Below are positions 49,076 through 58,579 of a stretch of 58,579 nucleotides of DNA, one piece after another. The notes under the pieces were generated by a model. That model ran no database searches. It was not told the origin of the DNA and saw only the letters and a list, made by a program, of their open reading frames with translations. Numbering within the stretch: position 1 is the first letter of the stretch; the number at the start of each line of letters is the position of its first letter. Location: NCBI GenBank assembly GCA_013115145.1, contig JAAPAO010000169.1, positions 1-58,579 of the forward strand, in the 5' to 3' direction. The DNA comes from Perkinsus chesapeaki ATCC PRA-425 (Eukaryota > Protista > Perkinsozoa). Position numbers and translations under genes: made by a program.

Positions 49076-50782
49076 GTCAGCATTCTGACTAAGAAACCCT
49101 AGCTTGCAGCCTTCAGTGTGCTGCACACTGCAGCAGTGAATCTTTCTATCTACTATAATACTTCACAAGCATACACTTGTTATATTTAACGTGCCGAACT
49201 CTACTTTTGTTGTTGCCGGCAGCTTCTTGGGAAAAGCCCAGGAGTGTGCCGCTGTGAACTTCAGAAGCAAATTCCTCGATATCTTCATGGATATTGAAGG
49301 TAAGAGGTTGCTCTACGTTACGTTCTTGGCTTCGTTGTTCACTTTTCCTGTTTAGGAGGCTTCTGGGAAGCCGCCCAGGTATTAAAAGCCTGGTATGCTT
49401 TTTGCTACGAGTACAGTTCGACCTGTCGATTATTGTTCTTCAGAATATGATGCTCCGTATTCCAGTTTGCATTTTCCGCGCGGTGCAGTCACACTAATAT
49501 GGCGCAAGCCGTCCTCTTCTTCGTTGAGTTCAGCTACATTTGTTGTGATATTGTGGTAAGCGTGCTATCATTCATATTCTCTACGCTCAGGCATATGGCA
49601 GTGCTAAGAACCGGGAAGGTATTCTTAGTATTGTAAGTAGTTGCGCTGTGCGCCATAGCAGTCTACACAGTTGCACGCGTACACACTAAGGCTCTTTCTT
49701 ACGCCTCTCCGTCAGCTTTGTGTTGGAGTGTATCTCTGGCACATAACACATTGAGACGTATTTTATTATTGGATTCTGGACGTTATCCCTTGGGTGCTAA
49801 CACTAGTCTTTTTTCACCTATCTGTGGCCAATGTCGCCTCGAGTTCATCAATCGAGAACGCGTAAGAACCCAAAAAAGGGGGAGGGAGGGCGAAGTGCGG
49901 CGGAGCACGAACTAATGGGGATTAATACGGAGTCACAATAGCATCAAGCTACAAAACAATGGTAGGCACTATCTGCTTCTGCGCGAGCAGTTATACGACA
50001 CAAAGAGCATTTTTGGTAACGGAAGGTGTCCGAACTGCACTAGCTCGCAGAGCCTCGCAATCGCTGAAAGTCTTCCCTCCTGGTGCGATCTTAATCTTGT
50101 TACTTGTCATTGATCGTATCCATAGCTCCACCTATTCGCGGTGGACCATTCGACCGCTAAACATTTGCCAAGGGCTTTCCCAACTTGTATCACGGTAACG
50201 TCGAAACTGTTATTGACTGTCCGTTATTAACACCACAACACAACTCTGGAGGACACAGTAGGAAGTGTACCATTTCGAAATAATACTGTTCCGGGAACAA
50301 CCGCGGGTGTTACTGATGTTATTCATCCGTTGTGTTCATATAAAATTATCAACGTCTTCGTCTCTTCTTCTTCTCTTCGGATGCATTCGATTGCTTTTAT
50401 ACGCATGCAACTGAGAACGACCGAAAAGTGATCCGTAAATATTGGTTTAACGTCGTCTCCTCATAGAACAAGGCTGATCTGGGGCGCTCCGTGAACGCCG
50501 TTCGAAACGGTCCGTTCCTACCCTACACAGATAGTGTCTCGAAGAAAGAATTTAGGTATCCCAACTAAATTTAGTTTCGGGTATTCGATAATAGCATGAC
50601 AAACGGATGACATTTTCCCTTACTAAGTTAGATCAACAACGGGAAGGGTCAGTTTTAGCATACCAGTAGAATATAGTTTGGCGTTTGGATTGAGCCCCGC
50701 CTAGGGGGGATGATGCAATGCCCGTAGAATAACCGTGATCACCAACTATTCCTCGCGCTACAGATAAATTCCCTAACAGCAT

Positions 50783-52933
50783 TCATATTGTCTCAAGTCC
50801 GGTCTCGCAAAGCACTCTATCAAGGAGGATAGACGATCCGCCCCTGCTTCTGCTGTTTATGCTTACGGCTGGCTTCATGCTGCCGTTCTGCTGTCGTGCA
50901 TCATCCTCATCATCGATTGTTTCTCTTTTCTCGGCTGCTATCCGAATATTAGCCAATCGATTCCTGACAATCACATAATCATCATCATCACACCACGCTG
51001 TCCCCACCAGACTTACTCTTCCCTGCGTTTAGCGGTTTCAATAACCTCATTCGGCAGGTAAGCGAACTCGACTCCGGGCGCATGTTTCTGAATTCCACCA
51101 AGTCTACACTATCGCCCTCCGAACAAAGCTCACCAGCAAATCAACGTTCTTCAGGCATTCGATCTTAACCTTATCGAGGGCGCTCGGTGCATTGAGATTG
51201 TGCAACGCGGATACTGGCTGGATCTGCAACTTGTAGTCAGGTGCGTAGTAATGCCAGAAATCATTCATAGGCAGTTGGTTGGGTAGATCCTGTCATTCAT
51301 GCTTCCTTTCAAACGCAATGATGCTGATCATCATTCTCACCTGGTCCCGGTCCAAAGCAACAGCTGTCTCATAAGCCCAGCAGCGAGACACATTGCGGAT
51401 AGTGTATCTGATACAGACGCATGAGTCATTCCTGCTCGGACGATGATGCTAAGCCACTTACCCTCCCCCACCCAAAAGGAGCAATGGAATACCAAAGCTT
51501 TTGACAAGTCGGACGCAGTTAGCATGACCCTGGAGTGTGAGGTTGAAGCGACCAAGCCTGAAGGAATATCATATACAGCCGGCTGCCACTGGCCGAATTG
51601 ATACCGATCGTGGGCGAGAGAGTCTGCTCCACATTGCAATACTATAGCACCTGGTTGGTAGATCTCCACCACTCCTAAAACATCAAAGGCGTGAATCGAA
51701 CCAGGGCGAACGTCATGACAAACGAGCAGCTTAACCAACGTATTTTACTGCTCGACTAGCCAGACAAACCCGTAACACCGGAACAAAGCATGAATTGAAA
51801 GTATCGATTGGCACTTACGTGTTATGATAGTCTTGAACAAGTCCGAGAATATATCATCTGTTATCCCTTCGTCAAGTGGCACGTTAAGGGCGTAAAATCG
51901 TCCTTCGCCGGTTCCTATATCACTTATGTCTCCCGTACCTAAACAACGACACATGAAATTTTAGTGAACTTTAATGACTCGTGAAAGTTTTGGTTTACAC
52001 AAAAATTTCCCAGAAATTAGAGAAAGATGTTGGAAATTTCCTTCTGATATGTTGATAAATTTCGCTAACAATTTTGAGCAATTTTCCGAATATTTCGGCC
52101 GAAAAGTTCACCACCGACCTGGGAAAAAATCTCCGAATTTGTGGAAGCTGACAGTCATGACTCGAGACGTTTGATAAAATGCTTCCTCGACACCGTCACC
52201 GTGATGCACCTACGACAAATGGAATGTGACGCCGTGACGCCGTCGTACGAACCTACATCGATATCGATGTAAAGTACTCTGGGATGAAACCTCAAGAGCT
52301 CTAATATGGCCAGCACTATATCGTTCACATAACAGAAACCAGACGCTTCGTTTCTCTTAGCATGGTGAAGACCGCCCGCCCTGAGGTACGAAATTCGTCA
52401 CAGTGCGAAATAAGATATCATCCTCACCAATTAATAGCGATATCCGCGCTCTCCGAGCATAGCTCGTGCGCTGCGTCAAGACTACCCCCTGCTAACGTAC
52501 GTTGGAAATCGTAACTGAAATTGTCATACTCATTTTCGTCTCATAGCAACATTACAGGCCATCAAATACGGGGCAATCTGTGATTATATCGCCCACCCTA
52601 AAACGCTTGGATTGAGAGGCATAGTCCCGGACGTTATCAGGCGTGGCGATCTTAAGGAACCTAAAATACGATAATTCTATCAGAAAATACACCCTGAACC
52701 CTCTACGATATATATTCCTCTCCATGAAAATTGGAGAGCTCGGCATCGGTCGCCACATGTGGTCGATAAACAGTCATATTCCTGACATGATAACTCAACC
52801 CGAAGGCCGGTAAGAATCCTACTTGTAGAGTCCGTAACCGACTACTAAGTCATGCGCCATACGGATACGTTGGGGCTTCATAGGATGACCCTCACCATAG
52901 TAATAGCTACCATGATCAGGCTCATAAAAATAC
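50783..52933 (-). CDS. Class I histone deacetylase (RPD3/HDAC1-3-like), multi-exon
   Basis: [20 protein letters not shown]; DCPVFDGL; [32 protein letters not shown]; [16 protein letters not shown]; [13 protein letters not shown]; [10 protein letters not shown]; GGGGYTIRNV. The start exon was not located and the C-terminal end is approximate. Confidence 0.93.
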
Positions 52934-54628
52934 CTATGAAAAAACGGATGCCTTAGAGAGGAAGGGCACTGTATTGTTATAGCGATAAGTAGATATCAGT
53001 TAGCCTCCTCATCGAGCTAAGGACGGCTGATCAATTCTCTCCGATGATACTTGCACGTTGAAAAAATGAAAAATCGCCCGGAATATCTCCACGAGCACGT
53101 ATTCCAAACAAGCTGAAAAATATCAATCCACGACAGAGTTGGCTTGAGAGCTGCCAAACTGACTGGGCTGAAGGATACAGCAGATTCGATTTCCCGTAGT
53201 TCCACCTAGAAACGGAATTCCCTTAACGATGATGAAGTGGTGGGGGAAGCACCCCTTTTCAAGCAAGGAGCTCTGAAGCCTTCCTCTTCCGTAGTCATTT
53301 TGATAGTAGTCTCCACTCAAGTCGACCCTACGTCCATTCGCAGTGATCACGGCTCACACTGGACCGTAATGAGCTGCGGTGGAGACAACGGAGCCGACTT
53401 TCAAATTGTCTCTTACCGACACCCACTGTAAAGCTCTATTGCCTCAATAAGCTCGACGTGGTCTTAAAATATGATGATCAATATGTGAGATAGAAATAGT
53501 ACACTGATGCGTGGTAAGGTTCCTGTTTAGCACTCTGGTTTGTTATTATTTCTCCCCAGTTAGCGCCCTCTCCCTTCTATTATTACGTAACATCCTTTTT
53601 CCTTCCGCACACTTCTGAACGTTTGGCTTCGTCGAAGTGAATGTATGTCATTTATGAACAACGTGGGTAGGATCCTCCTAAAAGATGCTATCTTGTTTCT
53701 GCGTGCAGAAAGACCAAAGTCAATTTAAAATGTATAACACATAAACGTCTGGTTCGGAAACTACAAACGATATCGGTAAATGACCTTCGGTAACTTCCGA
53801 AAAAAAGCCGATGGATTGCCGCACGATTGAGCCTAAAACCCAGGCACCCACCCCCGAGCTCCAGTTGAAGCGTTCGCGGGTTAAAAAGATGAGCAAGACT
53901 AGAGTCCGAGTCTGAACTCTGCGTGACAAGGGCGCGCGCTTTTTAACGCACGTAAAATGCGTAACACCGGCGTCGCCGTGGCACAATGCTGTCTCTTCCC
54001 ACAGAGCGAGGAGGTATATTTTAGCCTTCATTGGTTATATTATAATACAGCCTCCTGCGACAACCTTCCAGAGCGATAAAATTTACTCGCAATTTCCTTG
54101 GATTCACGATATATTTTTTTAACGTAATCCGTTAACTGGTCTCGGCAGGCTTTCCGGGCAAATATAGTAAATCCCGGAATACTCCCCATTCGAAATATTA
54201 AAAGGTTTTTAAGCGCTATCACAGAATCTTGAGCTTCAATAGCGTCTATCCCAGTCTTGCCGTTTCGCCTCCCGGCCTCGGGAACGGTGTATGTATCAGG
54301 AATTGTTCAGTAATTCAATTCCAGCTGAAGTAGAAGTCTCGTGTGCCTCAGAATCCCCCCAATGTCAATCCTAGCACATCTCGCGCCGCCGAATTCTATA
54401 ATTTGCCTCTTCGTCGCATTATCCTTGTCCAGCTGTGACAAGGACCGTCAAGATGACCGACCGTACCACTGTGCCTACCGTGGGCTCTCAAATGGTGGAG
54501 AGTTCATTCTGCAGAGGGACCATGCTGATAACAGCACTATGAGACTAACAACCGTCAAATGTGCCAAAGGACAGAACTCGTATCATTGTTGTTTGTTGGT
54601 TCAGAAAGATACTAAATAGCTCAGGTTC

Positions 54629-55162
54629 GTGCCGGATACAACTTCACTCCTGGCTGGCATTATGACCATCAAGTCGAATGAAGTGCTGGCGTCGTGTGAT
54701 AAGATCAAGCACGAAATTGAGCATCGGGCTGAAGGTGGGTGCTTCTCACTGAACAAAACCGCATCACGAATGAGGTCTGGGAAACTGATCATAGCAAAAC
54801 TTACTCTTTGGGTTGAACAACAACAACGCTTCCCGTTTCGTGTTCTGCTGCCCACCGCAGTCCCTCTGTCAGGTCTCTCTAAGAGCCAACCTAACCTGTT
54901 CCCAGGCGGGGTGACCCATCCCAGGCTAAACAACATCAAGGAGCAGCTGTGCTCGGCCCAGACCAATCAACATGGCTCGGTCTATGCGGCACCAACATAC
55001 CAAGGACAACCGCAACATATGCACGAACAAGCCCCTTTAGTTGATAATAATGCTGTGAATCCTGGTTGGGGTCTGGAGACTGGCACCAACCTGAGAGCGG
55101 CGGCCGGCAATGTCGGATCGTCCCTGGCTGTTAACCCAAACGTGTTACAGGCAGGTGCGTGA
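54629..55162 (+). CDS. Hypothetical protein (177 aa, Q/P/G-rich C-terminal half)
   Basis: ORF only; no motif recognised. Confidence 0.4.
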   Translation: MPDTTSLLAGIMTIKSNEVLASCDKIKHEIEHRAEGGCFSLNKTASRMRSGKLIIAKLTLWVEQQQRFPFRVLLPTAVPLSGLSKSQPNLFPGGVTHPRLNNIKEQLCSAQTNQHGSVYAAPTYQGQPQHMHEQAPLVDNNAVNPGWGLETGTNLRAAAGNVGSSLAVNPNVLQAGA

Positions 55163-55533
55163 TGAGGGTAAGTGATGTACTGTGAGATTTTTGTATGGAT
55201 GTGTTCTTAGGAGTGATGTAATGCTAAACATGGTGTGGTGATGAGGGAATTTGAAGATGTTGTTGTACACATTCTAGTAGACTTGTGTTTTATTATTGTC
55301 AATTTATTCGACGTGGGGAACTTTTTGCTGTAATACGACAATTCGACGGAAAATTTTCCGAAAATCCTCGAAGTTTTCTGAAATTTTCCCACGCGAATTT
55401 CCGTCCATATTCTGCCGTTTGCAGCAGATGCACTTTTGAGGTTCTCAGCTTATGTAGCCGATTGCGTATCGATATTGAATAATAGTTCGTTTTACTCTGT
55501 CTGTGGTTGTTCCCAGAGCAGTTCCCTGGGTAG

Positions 55534-57059
55534 TTGACTATGACATTATCATATTTGTCCTCCTCGCCAAAGAGCACCAGACATCCTGTAGAGGGGTGGC
55601 TAATGAAAAGAAAAACACCCGTGGAGCATGTTGAAACAAAATCCAACACAGCAAGGGGGGAAATTGTGTCGTGTCGAGCGAAAGAGTGCCTTCGGAAATG
55701 TCTGGGCGATTGGAACAAGCGATACTTCACATTCGATCCGGAGATTGGGGTGCTGTGTTATTCAGAGAAACCCAAGTCGAAGAGGGTTTCGATGATTCCG
55801 TTAAGTCGAATAAAAGCATGCGTTGGAATCGATGACCCTCTGAGGGTCAATTCGGCCAAGGCGGGCTGGGTGTATGGTATAGATCTCATGTTTGAAGATG
55901 AGCGTCACATGGAATTGTGGGCGCGCGGGAAAACTGAAGCTGAGGAGTGGGTGGAAGTATTGGGACCAAAGCCGAAGGTAACCGCCAAGACTTCAACGAA
56001 CAAGATGGAGCAGCAAATGAGTGAGTTTTCGTCCAGAGTGACCGCCCTAGTGTCGTCGAAGGTTCGGATTTGACGCCAAGTACAGCGCCGTCGACGGTAG
56101 TAGAGTCTCGTAGTAATAAAGGGGCACCTTCGGTGGACCCTGTGGCGCTGAGAAGGACTAAAGAAGAGACACCTTGGGCAGATCCGACGACCCTTAAGAC
56201 AGAGGTAGCATCAGTGGGGTGGTACGTTAGGAGCACTTCCTCCCACGACACTACCACTCGGGCCTTCGTCTCGGAAGGGCTGTGCGACTAGGTGAGAAAT
56301 TATCAGAGAGTCCATCGGCGTTGGTCTCTCGGGCTTTTCTGATAGACTTCTTCTGGGCAGACTGTATGCATGCATTGGTTTTCTTAGAAGTTCATCCGTC
56401 GACCACACTCGGGGGAGCCATCCTATGGATTGGCTAGTCGTGTTTATTGCCAGGAGGCTCAACCGTGAGTGCAGAGCTCAAGGAAGTTGGACGATTTCTC
56501 GCTGTTAAGGTCAAGGCAGTATCCGGCAGCTGGGTTACCAACTGTAAGGGGTATACGAGAAGCCAGAATCGATGACGGCTATCATTCCAGCCGCTCTGGA
56601 TCGTCATACCGATCACAGGACAGGTCTTCTGGGTCCGTAAGGATCATTCAAAGCTCTAGGAGTGCAGTCATCCACCGGCCGCATGACACTTGGAGCGAAC
56701 GTGGAGCTTCGTATGAAATGTTCGGGGCGAGAAGGCTCCGGCCTGCCACCGCCGAACCCTCGAGTGCGCCGTCCAGGCATGCCTATAGTCGAGATAGATT
56801 TCCTGATAGAGAGCTTTCGCATGGTCACGAGAGGGGCCATTTCCAGATCGCATACGAAACTGTCGGAGACCGTGCTGATCTCGAGCCCTCCGCGCCGATT
56901 ATGGAGATGGCCGAGTTGGAGAGAAGTGATGCACCGCAATCGAGTGAGGCAGTTGGTGTGGGTCGAGTTCCTGACGCAGTTGAGGAACTAGAAATCAGCG
57001 TGACCGAGGACGCTACAACGCCAATGAGAGGCACCGTCTGGGATGATTGGGATGACTGA
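55534..57059 (+). CDS. PH-domain protein with low-complexity S/R-rich C-terminal tail
   Basis: VEGWLMKR...WNKRYFTF...VLCY...MELWARGKTEAEEWVEVL is a typical PH signature. Downstream ORFs 56070..56291 and 56469..57059 (ending WDDWDD) are probably later exons, but the junctions are not fully resolved. Confidence 0.75.
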
Positions 57060-57381
57060 TATAATGAGTCCTATAATTGATACTTTTGTGCATGCTTATG
57101 CGTTGAGATGAATCCGAGTGATACCTTCTTGCGTTACAGTAAACTCGTGAACCACAAGCCGATACAGTTCGACGATCGGCCTCATCCAGAAATACCCAGC
57201 GAGCAAGGATGACCAGCGAGTGAGACTTTAATCTCTCTTAAGGCTTACCTGTAACGAGCGACCGTGCTGGCGCGCTGTCCCTTTTTTGAAAACGCCAAAA
57301 CATTTCAAACGCAATGAATGTGATGCATGTTATAGACCGACTTTTTATAGGCGCACGAGGGCATCGTACAATGCGGTCTAT

Positions 57382-57855
57382 GGCAAATTCTAACGCCGAT
57401 GTACACCGCGCGTCAAATTCTTATCAACTCAAGGGTTTAAGAACAACTAAGGTGTACTCATCAACGATTCACTAGCCTAGTGAATCGTTAATGAGTACAC
57501 CTTAGTGACTAGCGGCTAGTAAACCTCAACACAGTCTACTAACTTAAGCTCTGGCCTAAGTCCCAGGCTAGTAAGAACCAGAAGCTCAACTCACTCCTGT
57601 CCTAAATCCAACCTAATGAGCACTAGGCAAGTGCCCTCGCAAGGGGCTCAGCACACATGCACAAATATGTGACGCCACGGAGGTCACAGCGCACAATACA
57701 ATAACAGTAATAACAGAGTAGTACCGTCAAGTATAAACACTGGAAAACAAATAATATATAATCGTTCACAGGTCTCCGTACACTGCGCTGGAGTGCACAC
57801 CCTTGAAAAACACGAGTTGATAAGAATTTGACGCGCGGTGTATATAAGATTTGCC
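57382..57855. mobile_element. MITE-like non-autonomous DNA transposon (474 bp) with imperfect TIRs and 3-bp TAT direct repeat
   Basis: Ends GGCAAAT...ATTTGCC, with a 29-nt perfect subterminal inverted match TACACCGCGCGTCAAATTCTTATCAACTC. TAT lies at 57379..57381 and 57856..57858. No coding capacity. Confidence 0.75.
57446..57506. repeat. Near-perfect inverted repeat, 30-bp arms (1 mismatch), 1-nt spacer, inside the MITE
   Basis: ACTAAGGTGTACTCATCAACGATTCACTAG-C-CTAGTGAATCGTTAATGAGTACACCTTAGT. Confidence 0.96.
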
Positions 57856-57949
57856 TATAGATTCATCAAACACCTCTCAGTCTCTCAAACCTGGAGACTC
57901 CAAGCTGAAGTCAAGTTTTGGAGGGTCGTGACATGAGCAGACTTCTCTT

Positions 57950-58579
57950 TCCCAGTAGAGAACCTGGAACAACTTATAGATCGCAGCACGGCTACTGGCA
58001 ACAGGTATGTACTATGCTCAAAATGGTTATCAGTGTTTTTCTTTAGTGGTTGTAATGGGGGAAAGGTAGTCAAGTGTGGAATTTATATTCACACTAGTGG
58101 AATCGTAAAGGAAAGCTTGTACCCTTATATGATATAAGTTATATCGCGAAGGATGGTCAATGTAAACATGATATTGTGGACTTGGAGGCAAATCAGTGTA
58201 TCAAGGTGAGGGAGTGGCTAGTGCCTGCATTTCTGTAGCTAAAAGTTTATTATGCTCAATTAAGAGTCCGATTCTCAGGCAGGCGACATCGAAGGCTGGC
58301 TTGCCATCCCCCCAATGGATGAACTAGCCCTGCGTACCGCCGTCGCAGCAGGACCAGTTTCTGTTCGCATTCATGCCTCAACTTCTCGTTTTCGGAACTA
58401 CAGGTTTGGAATCATAACTTGTAAGCATTGACTGAAGATGGAATTACCGCTATGTGATGTCCCAGCGAGCGAGTGTAGCGAAGGCACCTTGAATCATGCG
58501 GTCTCTGTTGTTGGTTACGGGAAATCTCCAGAAGGTGTTGAGTGAGTTTAACGTTCTATTGCCCAGTTCCACCGACTCA
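57950..58579 (+). pseudogene. Papain-family (C1A) cathepsin L-like cysteine protease remnant, runs off the window
   Basis: EQLIDRS...GCNGG...YPY; ALRTAVAAGPVSVRIHAS; NHAVSVVGYG (catalytic His at 58495). A 14-nt insertion causes a frameshift and TAA at 58135..58137. No catalytic-Cys CGSCW region was found upstream. Confidence 0.8.

Noticed and set aside
54040-54432. Minus-strand frame with a single in-frame TGA at 54309..54307 (possible selenocysteine or readthrough)
   Set aside because: No selenoprotein motif, no SECIS identified, and the upstream exon phase does not join this frame. More likely a remnant or chance.
1-58579. CRISPR array, rRNA genes, intact spliced-leader RNA gene, prokaryotic operon-type system
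   Set aside because: No repeat-spacer array, rRNA-like sequence or full ACCGTAGCCATCTTGGCTCAAG was seen by eye, and the DNA is spliceosomal-intron-rich and eukaryotic.

Overview
This is intron-rich eukaryotic genomic DNA with many short (~45-60 nt) GT-AG introns. Intron style and gene families suggest an alveolate, most likely a Perkinsus-like protist; this is inference, with no database search. The window opens with a decayed LTR-retrotransposon protease fragment. Next is a tightly packed tandem pair of very large paralogous genes (1.8-8.9 kb and 9.1-19.3 kb, minus strand) for signal-peptide-bearing coiled-coil proteins that share an unrecognised GYWGDWxNxxC-x8-CG motif and intron positions. 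A region of degenerate or hypothetical genes follows (19.8-28.5 kb). The rest holds an RlmI-like methyltransferase, an intronless hypothetical ORF, a WDR16/CFAP52-like WD40 gene, an APE1/ExoIII endonuclease, tRNA-Gly(CCC), a divergent FAD glycerol-3-phosphate dehydrogenase, an intronless pepsin-like pseudoprotease, a class I HDAC, a PH-domain gene, a MITE-like element and a frameshifted cathepsin L-like remnant. The most notable items are the coiled-coil pair, three enzyme homologues with altered catalytic motifs, periodic AAATTT clusters in enlarged introns and 5' regions, and two long palindromes with 1-nt spacers. No CRISPR, rRNA or intact SL-RNA gene was seen. Exon boundaries were read by eye and are partial.
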